NCBI GenBank assembly: GCA_021818685.1
Contig: JAKATP010000001.1
Coordinates: forward strand, 17,997-81,996
Direction: 5' to 3'
Source of the DNA: Bacillota bacterium
GTDB taxonomy: Bacteria > Bacillota > Sulfobacillia > Sulfobacillales > JAIMBI01
DNA: 64,000 bases
The notes below the pieces were generated by a model. It made no database searches. It was not told the DNA's origin and worked only from the letters and a program-made list of their open reading frames with translations. The position numbers and the translations under genes are program-made. Shown in pieces: positions 46,322 through 55,947 of this stretch; positions within the stretch are counted from its first letter, which is position 1, and each line of letters begins with the position of its first letter.

Positions 46322-47332
46322 ATGTTGGTGCCGCGCACGCTCTTCGTCATCATTACGTGTGTGCTGGCCCTGCTCCTCGTCGTGGTGGTTCTGCGGCGGC
46401 CCGCGCCGCAGTCCAGAGTTCGGTGGCGAAGCCAGGTCATCGCGACACTCGCCGTCGGCGACGGTCCCGATGCCGTGGCGTCGTACACCGGGCTTGACGG
46501 GGAAACGTACGGCCCGCTGGCCTTTGCCGTTCATGGCAACCAGCTGTGCGTGCTGGACACCTACCGGTCTCAAGTGTGGATTCGGCGTCAGGCTGCCCGC
46601 GGCCGCGCGTCCTGGAAGCACATCGTGATACCGGACAGTCTCTTGGAGGCCGTCGCGTGGGACCCGCGCACGCGATCGTGGCTCGTCGCCGACAATGGGC
46701 GCCTTACGGTATTCTCGGTGGCTCGCGGACGTGCGCGACCTCTCATCCGCCTGGGGGGAGAGAAGGGCACCACGTCGGCGATTGAACAGATGGCGGTCGG
46801 TCCCGGGGGTCAAATCTTTCTCAGCTGGATCGCCGCCGGGCATGGCACGGTCCAGGCCGTCCTCGGGCAGTACCGGAGCGATGGACGCCGCCTGCACGAG
46901 CATGCCGTGCTTCTCAACCAAACGGCGTTTGGCCGAACAGCTTCGGCGTCCAATGTCGTCCTGCTATCCCTCTCGGGCGTCAGCGCGGCACCCGACGGTA
47001 CCCTCGATGTCCTGGGGCCCGGCCCGTCCGTGCTGGTCGTCAATCCGGCCACACTCCAGGTGACCGCACGTATCTCCCTGCCGCGTTCCGCCCGCCGCGG
47101 GACCCTAATCGGTCTGACCCGGGATCGTCATATCTACATCGTCGAACAGGCGTTTAGGCGACCCGCCTTCGTAGCGGCGTATAATGCCGAAGGTCGTCTC
47201 CTTTCACGGGTCGCCCTGGTCCATCAGGCTCTGTCGACCAATGTCTACGCGGATGTGAGCCCTTCGGGTCGGCTATATCTTCTTAAGACGACGGCGGATC
47301 GTTATCGGATCGTCGCCATCACGCACCCGTGA
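46322..47332 (+). CDS. hypothetical membrane-anchored protein (possibly beta-propeller-like ectodomain)
   Basis: N-terminal TM (LFVIITCVLALLLVVVVL) followed by repeated beta-rich segments. I recognise no motif. Confidence 0.5.
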   Translation: MLVPRTLFVIITCVLALLLVVVVLRRPAPQSRVRWRSQVIATLAVGDGPDAVASYTGLDGETYGPLAFAVHGNQLCVLDTYRSQVWIRRQAARGRASWKHIVIPDSLLEAVAWDPRTRSWLVADNGRLTVFSVARGRARPLIRLGGEKGTTSAIEQMAVGPGGQIFLSWIAAGHGTVQAVLGQYRSDGRRLHEHAVLLNQTAFGRTASASNVVLLSLSGVSAAPDGTLDVLGPGPSVLVVNPATLQVTARISLPRSARRGTLIGLTRDRHIYIVEQAFRRPAFVAAYNAEGRLLSRVALVHQALSTNVYADVSPSGRLYLLKTTADRYRIVAITHP

Positions 47333-48158
47333 GGGGGTTTTTTCGAGCCACGAAGAAGCCGCCGTCCGAGTGTACCCGGAATGGACCGTTGGCGCGAATG
47401 CGAGCCGCAATGGCGTCGCGGGCCAGATCGAGGGCGCGGGCGTACAGGGCCTCGTCCTGGCCCGCGTCGCCGAGATGATGGCGGAGCGGTCCCGAGTCAA
47501 GGTACCGTACAGCTGGCTCGGCGCTCGGGAACAGGAATCCACCCGACCGCCTGATCCGTTCCGGAACCTCGGGGAAGAACTCTGCCCCATTTTCCAGGGA
47601 AAATCGGTGCGACACGGACGCCAGGGCGGTCGGGCCGAGCCCCAAGGCCCTCCGCACTTCCTCACCAATGTCGATAAATTCCCGGTACGCGTAGGCACCA
47701 TTGGTAGCACAGGCGAGGAGGCCTCCGGGCCTCAACACCCGCCAGGCTTGGGACAGAGCCTGCCGGATGTCGGGGACATGATAGAGCACAAAGTGGCATC
47801 CAACCCAATCAAACCGGTGGTCTTCGAACGGGAGCCGTTCGGCGTCACCGAGGAGGACGTGGGCGTGCTGGTCGTTTGCGGTCTCCTGACGGAGCCGGTC
47901 GAGGATGCCCGCCGAACGGTCGAGGCCGACATACTCCGGAGAGGCAGGGATGATTCGACGGATGGCGCGGTACCAGGCGCCCGTGCCGGCCCCGACATCC
48001 AAAACGGCGGTGGGCACGGGCCCGCGTTCGAGGAGACTCGCCGTGATGACGGCAAAGATGTCGCGATCGCCCACGCCATAGTGCCGGTGGGTATCGATGC
48101 GGACCTGAAGCCGCTCATCAGTTCCATACTGGGCGTCAAGCTGTCCCGGGTCGGTCAT
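47319..48158 (-). CDS. class I SAM-dependent methyltransferase
   Basis: VLDVGAGTGAWY (motif I) and LRPGGLL (post-II). Overlaps the upstream peptidase stop by 4 nt. Confidence 0.8.
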   Translation of the reverse strand: MTDPGQLDAQYGTDERLQVRIDTHRHYGVGDRDIFAVITASLLERGPVPTAVLDVGAGTGAWYRAIRRIIPASPEYVGLDRSAGILDRLRQETANDQHAHVLLGDAERLPFEDHRFDWVGCHFVLYHVPDIRQALSQAWRVLRPGGLLACATNGAYAYREFIDIGEEVRRALGLGPTALASVSHRFSLENGAEFFPEVPERIRRSGGFLFPSAEPAVRYLDSGPLRHHLGDAGQDEALYARALDLARDAIAARIRANGPFRVHSDGGFFVARKNPLTGA

Positions 48159-50347
48159 GATGGGGCCTTTTCCAGCGACGGGTCGCCTGCGAGCGGTGGA
48201 TCACCGAGGCCCCCATGGTGGTGGAGCCAGTCTCGCAGGCGGGTCAGTCGGTCGACGGCGCGGGTGGGGCGAGTGATGGCATGGTGCTCCCCGGGATAGA
48301 CGATAAGCGCGGTCTCGACTCCGCGCTTCTTGAGCGCCATATAAAGCTGTTCCGCCTGGTCCAGCGGGCAGCGCCAGTCAATCTCACCGGCCGTGATAAG
48401 GACGGGGGTCCGGATCTGGTCTACCCCGCTCATCGGAGAAATCTCGCGGTAGAGATCCTTGTTCTGCCAGGGCACGCCCAGGTCATCCTGCCACCAGGAG
48501 TGACAGTCGTCGCTCCCGAAGGCCGCTTCGTAGTTCCACATGCCGTGCTCGCTCACGGCGGCGCGGAAACGGTCAGAATGGCCGACGGCCCAGTTGGTCA
48601 TGATGCCGCCCTGGGAAAAGCCCGTGCAGAAGAGGCGATCCGGATCCGCCCAGCCGAGCCGGATGAGTTCGTCGACGCCGCACATCACATCATCGTGCTC
48701 CATCGGCCCCCACCGGCCCTGGATGATGCGACAGAAGTCCTCACCATACGAGATCGAGCCCCGATAGTTTACCTGCAGGACGACATAGCCAAGTCCGGCA
48801 AAGTACTGGGCGTCGAAGTCGAAGGCGGGGGCATCAAAGGCCATGGGACCGCCATGGATCATCACGAGGAGTGGAGCCGGGGGAGCCTCACCGGCAAGAA
48901 AACCCGGCGGCAGGGTCACAAGCGCCTCGACCTCAACCCCGTCGTGGTCAGCGTAGCGGATGACGCGCACCTCAGCCGTGTTCCGCCCGGCCAGCCACGC
49001 ATTTTGCAGCGGTGAGATCGCCACGGCGGGAGTCGACTCGTCGACGCGGTAGATGCTCTGACCCGACTGCGGCGAATCGATGACGGCGACGGTTCGCCGT
49101 CCTTTGGCGTCGAAGCCCGTGAGCGTGGCGAGTCGTTCCGTCGGCTCCTGCAATTCCCAGCGCCCCTCGGGGTATACGGAGGATAGCCGCCATTGGCCCT
49201 CGTGTCCGGCCATCGCTACCAGGCGCCCGGGCTCGGGCCAGGTCAGGTGAACGACCGGTCCCCGCATGCCTTCCGTGAGGATCCGAGCCGGGGTGCGCTC
49301 GGCCGCAACCGGGTACACCCGGGCGTTTTGCACGGGGTCGGGACCCGAATCGTCGGGCACCACACCCCCAATCTCCGTCCACCCCTGGCCGATGAAGCTC
49401 TCGAGGTTCTCGACCGCCAGCCCGTCGGCCACATTCATCACCAGCACATGCTGGACCACGTACGCGTTCTCAGGCTCGCGCCCGGAAATGAAGCCCACCT
49501 GCGCACCGTCCGGCGAGAACACCGCACTGGCCGCATTCACGTCCCCACGCGTGAGACGGCGCACGGTACGGGTCTCCGGATGGATGAGCCAGAGATCGAC
49601 CCGGCCATTCTGGTCCGGATCGCCCGTGCGATTCGACGAAAACAGGATGGAGTCGTCGACGGGCGACCATATCGGATTGGTCTCCGAGGCCGGCCCGGCG
49701 GTGAGACGGGTCTCGGACCGATCGGCCATGTTCACGATAAAAAGGTGGTGGGGCACATCGTCCAGGAAGCCTGCGCCGTCCGCCTTGTGCTGCACACGGG
49801 TCAGGACAAACGGGCCTGGCTTCTTCTTATTCCGGAGGCTCTTGAGGTACGCCTCCTGCTCCGGCGACGGATCGCGGCTTTCTACGACCATCCGGGTCCC
49901 GTCCGGACTCCAGGCAAATGACTCCACGCCTTCCGGGCGTCGGGTCAGCTGCCGCGGCTCACCGCCACGGTGTAAATCCAACACCCACACCTGCGCCTTG
50001 GGTTCGCCGTCATTGTCGCCGTCCGGCCCGCTCTTCTCGGCGCTGGTGGGTTCCGGCTGCCTGCTCTCCGCTACTTCCCATTCGTCCGGGCGGTTGGAGA
50101 GAAAGGCCAGATAATGCCCGTCATGTGAGAACTGGGGCCGGGAGTCCTTAAATGCCCCCCGGGTCAGGCGGTGCGGTTCACCGGGAGCCTCGAGATTCAG
50201 CAGATAGAGGTTCGGCATGCGGTCATCGTCGGCCCGCCGCGGAGCCTCCAGCACAAAGGCCGCGCGGGTTCCGTCGGGGGCCAGGGATATCTCGCGGACC
50301 TGCGCGTACCGGTAAATGTCGTCAAGCGTGATGCGTGTCTTCACCAA
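48155..50347 (-). CDS. S9-family serine peptidase (prolyl oligopeptidase / acylaminoacyl-peptidase type)
   Basis: 730 aa with an N-terminal beta-propeller region (repeated SPDG/WSPD motifs) and a C-terminal hydrolase domain with nucleophile elbow GFSQGG and a distal D and H (YPGEHH). Confidence 0.85.
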   Translation of the reverse strand: MVKTRITLDDIYRYAQVREISLAPDGTRAAFVLEAPRRADDDRMPNLYLLNLEAPGEPHRLTRGAFKDSRPQFSHDGHYLAFLSNRPDEWEVAESRQPEPTSAEKSGPDGDNDGEPKAQVWVLDLHRGGEPRQLTRRPEGVESFAWSPDGTRMVVESRDPSPEQEAYLKSLRNKKKPGPFVLTRVQHKADGAGFLDDVPHHLFIVNMADRSETRLTAGPASETNPIWSPVDDSILFSSNRTGDPDQNGRVDLWLIHPETRTVRRLTRGDVNAASAVFSPDGAQVGFISGREPENAYVVQHVLVMNVADGLAVENLESFIGQGWTEIGGVVPDDSGPDPVQNARVYPVAAERTPARILTEGMRGPVVHLTWPEPGRLVAMAGHEGQWRLSSVYPEGRWELQEPTERLATLTGFDAKGRRTVAVIDSPQSGQSIYRVDESTPAVAISPLQNAWLAGRNTAEVRVIRYADHDGVEVEALVTLPPGFLAGEAPPAPLLVMIHGGPMAFDAPAFDFDAQYFAGLGYVVLQVNYRGSISYGEDFCRIIQGRWGPMEHDDVMCGVDELIRLGWADPDRLFCTGFSQGGIMTNWAVGHSDRFRAAVSEHGMWNYEAAFGSDDCHSWWQDDLGVPWQNKDLYREISPMSGVDQIRTPVLITAGEIDWRCPLDQAEQLYMALKKRGVETALIVYPGEHHAITRPTRAVDRLTRLRDWLHHHGGLGDPPLAGDPSLEKAPS

Positions 50348-50556
50348 GGCGTCCGCCCTTCTTCATGCCGGGGAATCTGGATAAAGCGTCTCCAGGAACT
50401 TTTTCGCCGGGGGGGAGTCCCAATCCTTGCTGCTGTTCCGTCAGGTTATTGTCCGGGCAGCCCGGGAGCGGAGGAGGCCGCCTGTCCTTGAACCGCCGTC
50501 GCAAAACGGAGTAGGGTGACGTGTCGGGCTGTGCCCGACAGGAGGGGGAGAGGGCC

Positions 50557-51333
50557 ATGCCGTCCCTGTTTGTGGCTCATGGGTCGCCGATGGTCGCCAT
50601 CGAGGACAGCGCTTACGGGCGGTTTCTTGACGGGCTCGCCCAGACCATGGCCCGTCCTCGCGCCCTAGTCATCTTCTCCGCCCACTTCGAGGCGGATACC
50701 GAGCATGTGCACCGCACGGCCCGCTACGAGACGATGTACGATTTTGGAGGATTTCCCGACGCCCTCTATCAGATTCGCTACGAGCCGCCGGGCGACCCCG
50801 ACCTGGCCGATAACATCTTGGAGCGCCTTGCGAGCGCGGGCATCGCGGCGCGCCCGGAGGAGTCACGGGGGCTCGATCACGGAGCCTGGACCATCCTGCA
50901 CCGCCTGTACCCGGAGGCCGACATCCCGGTGGTCGAAATGTCGGTCAACAAGAGGCTGTCGGCCCGGGACCAGTTTCACGTGGGCCGCGTGCTGGCTCCG
51001 CTCAGCGGGGAGGTGCTGTTCGTGGGCAGCGGCGTCACCGTGCACAATTTCACTATGCTCCGGCACGCGCGTGATGAGGGCGAACCAGCGCCTTTTGCCG
51101 TTGGCTTTGAAACCTGGCTGGAGGCGGTGCTGGGTGAGGGGCGGCTCGAAGACCTTTTCCTCTACCAAACCCGGGCCCCATATCGGGAGGAGGCTGTTCC
51201 GCAAGCGGCCAGCGAGCATTTCGCTCCGCTCCTGTACGTGGCCGGTACGGGAGATGGGAGCGGACGGGCACGGCTTCTGTATCGCGACTACCTCTGGGGT
51301 GTCATGAGCAATTCGGTTTATCGCTTCCAATGA
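50557..51333 (+). CDS. class III extradiol ring-cleavage dioxygenase (LigB / 4,5-DOPA dioxygenase family)
   Basis: MPSLFVAHGSPM...VIFSAHF...GLDHGAW...VTVHN fits the YgiD/LigB family pattern. ATG 50557 has SD GGAGGGGGAG. Confidence 0.8.
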   Translation: MPSLFVAHGSPMVAIEDSAYGRFLDGLAQTMARPRALVIFSAHFEADTEHVHRTARYETMYDFGGFPDALYQIRYEPPGDPDLADNILERLASAGIAARPEESRGLDHGAWTILHRLYPEADIPVVEMSVNKRLSARDQFHVGRVLAPLSGEVLFVGSGVTVHNFTMLRHARDEGEPAPFAVGFETWLEAVLGEGRLEDLFLYQTRAPYREEAVPQAASEHFAPLLYVAGTGDGSGRARLLYRDYLWGVMSNSVYRFQ

Positions 51334-51454
51334 ATCGTGCGCCCCGTGCGACCCGCGGACAGGGTGAGCGGCGGGAGGCGAGGCGTCGTCCCTTCGGGGC
51401 TTCATGGCATAAGGAGGCGGCCAGATCGCGCGCTTCATCCCGGTAAAGCCTGAG

Positions 51455-52474
51455 GTGGCAGCCGACCTCATTTCGGCCGGTTTTCCCCTGCCCGAAGGTG
51501 TCGAAGCAGCCCTGCTGGGGCTTCCCGCCGAGTGTGGGGAAATTGCGGGGGCGCGGCCGTTTTCGATGCGAGCGGCTCCTCACCTGGTTTGGTGGGCCGG
51601 TGGGCGGCATGAGCTTTTGGCATGGTGTCGGGCGGCTTTCGTGGATCCTGAGCGGCGGTGGACGACCACCTGGGCGCTTCCCGGAAGGGCTGTCACGCTC
51701 GGTCGTGAGGGTGCCGTGGTGGGCGTCGTGAATCTGACGCCGGATTCCTTCTCGGACGGGGGCCGGTACGATACGCCGGGTCGTCAGGCGGCGCGGGTCC
51801 GGGAGCTCTTCCGAGAAGGCGCTCTGCTAGCTGACGTGGGGGCGGAATCGACCCGGCCCGGACACATCCCGGTTGATCCCGACACGGAATGGCGGCGCCT
51901 GTCGCCCCTGCTTGAGGCGTTGGGACCGAAGGAAATCGCGCGGCTGTCGCTCGATACGCGTCACGGCGAAACGGCGCGGAGGGCGGTGGAGATCGGGATT
52001 GCCGTCATCAATGATGTGTCGGGGCGCCCGGATCCTGCCATGCGAAACGTACTCGCGTCGGGGTCCGTCGGGTATGTTTTTATGTTCAACCGGAACACGC
52101 CCTTCTCGGCGGGAACGTTCGGGATTGGCCGGATGCTGCGGGAAATGGACGAGATGTTGGCCGATCTTCTGGACCGGACGGTCGATCGGTGCCGGGTCGC
52201 GGTGGATCCGGGATTGGGTTTCGCCTACGGCGGGGACGAGAATCTCTCCGTGCTGAGGCATCTGAGCCTGTTTCGTCTGTTTGACCGGCCGGTCTTCGTA
52301 GGAGGAAGCCGCAAGCGCTTCGTGGGTCGGGTCACGGGGCGGCCGGTGGCGGAGCGAGATCCAGCGGGTACGGCCATGGCCGCACTGATGCGGCACTACG
52401 GCGCCGACCTCATCCGTACCCACGCCGTGCGGGACGCAGTGGACGCTCTCAGGATGGCGGAGGCGATCGGATGA
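51455..52474 (+). CDS. folP: dihydropteroate synthase with an unusual ~85-95 aa N-terminal extension
   Basis: VVGVVNLTPDSFSDGG, DVGAESTRPG, SLDT, INDVSG and DPGLGF. The start is unresolved: GTG 51455 (no SD), an SD-preceded ATC at 51425, or internal ATG 51566 / GTG 51641. Confidence 0.88.
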   Translation: MAADLISAGFPLPEGVEAALLGLPAECGEIAGARPFSMRAAPHLVWWAGGRHELLAWCRAAFVDPERRWTTTWALPGRAVTLGREGAVVGVVNLTPDSFSDGGRYDTPGRQAARVRELFREGALLADVGAESTRPGHIPVDPDTEWRRLSPLLEALGPKEIARLSLDTRHGETARRAVEIGIAVINDVSGRPDPAMRNVLASGSVGYVFMFNRNTPFSAGTFGIGRMLREMDEMLADLLDRTVDRCRVAVDPGLGFAYGGDENLSVLRHLSLFRLFDRPVFVGGSRKRFVGRVTGRPVAERDPAGTAMAALMRHYGADLIRTHAVRDAVDALRMAEAIG

Positions 52475-52827
52475 CGGCCTGTCGGATCTTTGTGCGGGAC
52501 ATGCGCTTTTTTGCCCGCCATGGCCTCTTGGATACGGAGACGCGAGTAGGTCAGTTGTTCGCGGTGGACGTCGAGGTCGTGCTTGATGCGCCCGGGGCCG
52601 CCGAGTCCGGGAGCCTCGTCGACACAGTGGATTATCGGAGGGTGTGGGAGGTCGTCCACACCGTGATGATGGGAGCGCATGAAGACTTGATGGAGCGTCT
52701 CGCCTATCGCATCGCCGCGGCTTTGCTAGAGGCACCGGCACGGAGTGTCCGGGTCCAGGTGCGCAAGCTGACCCCTCCGCTAGGAGGCCCGACTGCGGAG
52801 GTTGGAGCGGAGGTGGTTCTTGAGTAA
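52471..52827 (+). CDS. folB: dihydroneopterin aldolase
   Basis: 118 aa. IFVRDMRFFARHGLLDTETRVGQLFAVDVEV...VDYRRV fits the FolB pattern. Overlaps the folP stop. Confidence 0.88.
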   Translation: MTACRIFVRDMRFFARHGLLDTETRVGQLFAVDVEVVLDAPGAAESGSLVDTVDYRRVWEVVHTVMMGAHEDLMERLAYRIAAALLEAPARSVRVQVRKLTPPLGGPTAEVGAEVVLE

Positions 52828-53320
52828 GGCGTTCGTGGGGTTGGGCTCGAATGTGGGTGATCGGGTCCGGCACCTGCGGCGGGGGGTCCAGGCCCTCGGC
52901 AGGACCGGAGAGATTGTCCGGGTCTCGAGCCTTTACGAAACAGAACCCGTGGGCGGCCCGCCCCAAGGTCTCTACCTGAACGCGGTCCTCGAGATTGAAA
53001 CGGATCTGACGGTTTTCCGACTTCTGCAGGCGCTGCAGGCCATCGAACAGGCGGAAGGTCGGGAGCGGACCGTACCGCTCGGCCCGCGTACGCTGGACCT
53101 CGATCTGCTGTGGTGGAATGGGGAAACGATGCGCTCGGACACGCTCACCCTGCCGCACCCTCGTGCCCACGAACGCCGGTTCGTGCTGGAACCCTGGGTG
53201 GAGGTGTGGCCGGAGGGGACCCTTTGTGGCAGACCTCTCGTCTCCTGGAAGGAACGGGCGGGTCCCGGCGGCGTACGGCGGCGGGAAGGGCCAGGATGGG
53301 TGACGGAGGCAGGGCTATGA
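52820..53320 (+). CDS. folK: 2-amino-4-hydroxy-6-hydroxymethyldihydropteridine diphosphokinase
   Basis: AFVGLGSNVGD...SSLYETEPVG...PRTLDLDLL...LTLPHPRAHERRFVLEP. TTG 52820 lies 6 nt after GGAGG. Confidence 0.88.
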   Translation: MSKAFVGLGSNVGDRVRHLRRGVQALGRTGEIVRVSSLYETEPVGGPPQGLYLNAVLEIETDLTVFRLLQALQAIEQAEGRERTVPLGPRTLDLDLLWWNGETMRSDTLTLPHPRAHERRFVLEPWVEVWPEGTLCGRPLVSWKERAGPGGVRRREGPGWVTEAGL

Positions 53321-54270
53321 ACGCACCGTTCTGGCGGCCGGGCGAGGCCTGGCCGGTGACGCGCCTGTCGGGGCCCGAATGGGCCGCCTATTACGCGGCA
53401 GGCTTTCGGTGGCAGGAGCGGGGAGGGCTGAGGGTCTTGCTGGACGGGCCGGGGACACTCCGGCTCCAATCGCTACCGCGCCATTTAGCCGCGGACCCGC
53501 CAGCCGGGCGGTTTTCCTGGCACCTATACGATACCCTCCCGTCCACCATGCCCGTGGCGCACGACCTCTTTTTGTCGGAGGGGGTGCCGCTCGCGGTGGT
53601 GGCTGACAGCCAGACGGCGGGCCGCGGTCGTGGTAAGCGGACCTGGTACGCGTCCCCCGCGGGAGGTCTCAACCTGTCTCTTGCCTGGGAGGGGTCGGAC
53701 ACCATGCTGTCCGGTGTGCTGACCCTGGCGCTTGGTGTGGGGGTGGCGAAGGCCATCCGGCGGATGACGGGCCAGGAGATCGGACTCAAGTGGCCCAACG
53801 ACGGGCTTATCGACGGCCAGAAGTGCTTCGGCATTCTCGTGGAAGCGGCTCCACACCCGCGCCCCCATTTCGTAGCCGGCATCGGCGTGAACGTCAACGG
53901 CGTGCCTCCGAGCGAGGCGGGCGGTGGTGCGGTGAGCCTGGAGACGGCGACGGGTGCGCCCTGGTCCCGGCTGGTGCTGGCCGTGCGGATTGCCGCGGAG
54001 ATCGCGCTGGTGCTGGACGAGTGGAGGCGTGACGGCCCCAAGCCCTTTTTGGAGGCCTGGAGACAGTTGTCGGTCACGCTCGGCCATGCAGTCGTGGTTG
54101 TCGACGGCTCCACCCACCTGGAGGGCAAGGCACTTGACATTGCCGACGACGGGTCGCTCCGTGTTGCGTTGGCCAGCGGTGTCCAAACGCAGGTGTACGC
54201 ACAAGACGTCAGCCTTCGGATGCTGCCGTCGCCAGGCGGCTCCGCAGGGACACCATTTCCAGTGCCGTGA
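53317..54270 (+). CDS. birA: biotin--[acetyl-CoA-carboxylase] ligase family protein (no obvious N-terminal wHTH)
   Basis: ADSQTAGRGRGKRTWYASPAGGL (GRGRxGRxW motif), LKWPNDGLIDGQKCFGILVE and a C-terminal SH3-like tail ending DVSLR. ATG 53317 overlaps the folK stop (ATGA). Confidence 0.8.
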   Translation: MNAPFWRPGEAWPVTRLSGPEWAAYYAAGFRWQERGGLRVLLDGPGTLRLQSLPRHLAADPPAGRFSWHLYDTLPSTMPVAHDLFLSEGVPLAVVADSQTAGRGRGKRTWYASPAGGLNLSLAWEGSDTMLSGVLTLALGVGVAKAIRRMTGQEIGLKWPNDGLIDGQKCFGILVEAAPHPRPHFVAGIGVNVNGVPPSEAGGGAVSLETATGAPWSRLVLAVRIAAEIALVLDEWRRDGPKPFLEAWRQLSVTLGHAVVVVDGSTHLEGKALDIADDGSLRVALASGVQTQVYAQDVSLRMLPSPGGSAGTPFPVP

Positions 54271-54709
54271 GCGCCGCGTGCGCACCGGCGTTGCCGGCCT
54301 TGCCGCCGGCCCGGTCGCGCGCTTGTTCCATGGTGTCGCAGGTCAAGATACCGAGCACCACCGGCGTCTCGCCACGGGCGTTCAGGGCGGCGACGCCTGC
54401 CGTGCTATGCTGGGCCACATACTCGAAATGGGGCGTCTCGCCCCGGACGACGGCTCCAACGCAGATCACGGCTGCGTATCCACGAGCGTGGGCGAGGCTC
54501 GCGGCGTACGGAATTTCAAAGGCCCCCGGGACGCGGATGACATCAATCCGCGCTGGGTCCACGCCGTGGCGTATCAGCGTGTCGACCGCCCCTTCCGCCA
54601 GCGCGTCGGTCACCGTCTGGTTAAAGCGGCTCTGGATGATGGCGAACCGTGTATCGGGCCCCACCACCAAGACCCCTTCCAGCACCCTGACTTTGGTGCT
54701 GATGTTCAT
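54209..54709 (-). CDS. ribH: 6,7-dimethyl-8-ribityllumazine synthase
   Basis: [16 protein letters not shown]...[11 protein letters not shown]...[19 protein letters not shown]...GILT. ATG 54709. Confidence 0.92.
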   Translation of the reverse strand: MNISTKVRVLEGVLVVGPDTRFAIIQSRFNQTVTDALAEGAVDTLIRHGVDPARIDVIRVPGAFEIPYAASLAHARGYAAVICVGAVVRGETPHFEYVAQHSTAGVAALNARGETPVVLGILTCDTMEQARDRAGGKAGNAGAHAALTALEMVSLRSRLATAASEG

Positions 54710-55947
54710 CGGCTGCCTCCTGTTCCACTCGATTCGAGCCAATGTCCAAGCCGGTCGCGCTTGGTGGCCAGGTAGCGGGCATTGTCCGGGCCCGGCTCCA
54801 CCTCTATCGGCACCCGCTCGGTAATCGTGAGCCCGTAGGCTTCCAGCGCGTAGTACTTGTCGGGGTTGTTGGTCAAGAGCCTCACCGCATGGACGCCGAG
54901 ATCCGTCAGGATCTGAGCACCGACCCCATAGTCGCGAAGGTCTGCTGGGAAACCCAGCGCTTCATTGGCACTCACGGTGTCGTATCCGCGGTCCTGCAGC
55001 GCGTACGCGCGGATCTTGTTGGCGAGACCGATGCCCCGACCCTCCTGGCGCATGTACAACAGCACCCCGCGACCCGTCTCGCCGATTTGGCGGAGGGCTT
55101 GGTGAAGCTGTGGTCCACAGTCGCAGCGCCGGGAGGCAAACACATCGCCGGTGAGGCATTCGGAGTGGACCCGGGTCAACACGGGCGTCCCGTCGTCGAC
55201 GGGCCCCATCGTGAGGGCCAGATGGGTGAGATCGGCAAGAGGCTCCCGGTAGGCATAGGCCATAAAGACACCGTAATCGGTCGGGAGCCGACTCTCGCCG
55301 ACCCTCTCGAAGAGCCGCTCGTCATGCAGGCGGTAGCGGATGAGGTCGGCGATTTCGAGGACGGGAAGTCCGTGGCGGCCTGCAAACGCCCGCAACTCCT
55401 GCTCTCGCATCATCGACCCGTCTTCACGCAGGATCTCGCACACGACACCGACGGGCCGAAGGCCGGCCAGGCGAGCCAGGTCCACCGCCGCCTCCGTATG
55501 TCCGGGACGGCGGAGCACGCCGCCTGGCTTGGCAGCCAGAGGAAAGATGTGGCCGGGTCGAACCAGATCGGCAGGAGTGCTGTCTGGACTGGCGAGGACG
55601 GCGATGGTGCGGGCCCGATCCCCTGCCGAAATCCCGGTGGTGACCCCGTCGCGGGCATCGACCGAGACCGTGAACGCCGTTCGCATGGGATCCTCGGGCG
55701 CGGTCACCATGAGAGGTAGCTGCAGGGCTCCGAGACGCTCGGGCGTCATGGGCACGCAGATGAGGCCGCGGCCGAAGCGGGCCATGAAGTTGATGGCGTC
55801 CGCCGTGACGTGCTGCGCCGCCATCACCAGATCGCCCTCATTCTCGCGGCTCGCGTCGTCAATAACGACGACCATGCCGCCTGCCCGGATGGCGGCGACC
55901 GCCGCCTCCACCCTTGCCCGGACTTCGTGTTCCTCCGGCTCCGTCAT
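54706..55947 (-). CDS. ribBA: bifunctional 3,4-dihydroxy-2-butanone-4-phosphate synthase / GTP cyclohydrolase II
   Basis: [19 protein letters not shown] (DHBPS) and [19 protein letters not shown]...[12 protein letters not shown] (GCH II). ATG 55947 overlaps the ribE stop. The 589-aa track ORF is an over-extension across ribE. Confidence 0.92.
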   Translation of the reverse strand: MTEPEEHEVRARVEAAVAAIRAGGMVVVIDDASRENEGDLVMAAQHVTADAINFMARFGRGLICVPMTPERLGALQLPLMVTAPEDPMRTAFTVSVDARDGVTTGISAGDRARTIAVLASPDSTPADLVRPGHIFPLAAKPGGVLRRPGHTEAAVDLARLAGLRPVGVVCEILREDGSMMREQELRAFAGRHGLPVLEIADLIRYRLHDERLFERVGESRLPTDYGVFMAYAYREPLADLTHLALTMGPVDDGTPVLTRVHSECLTGDVFASRRCDCGPQLHQALRQIGETGRGVLLYMRQEGRGIGLANKIRAYALQDRGYDTVSANEALGFPADLRDYGVGAQILTDLGVHAVRLLTNNPDKYYALEAYGLTITERVPIEVEPGPDNARYLATKRDRLGHWLESSGTGGSR

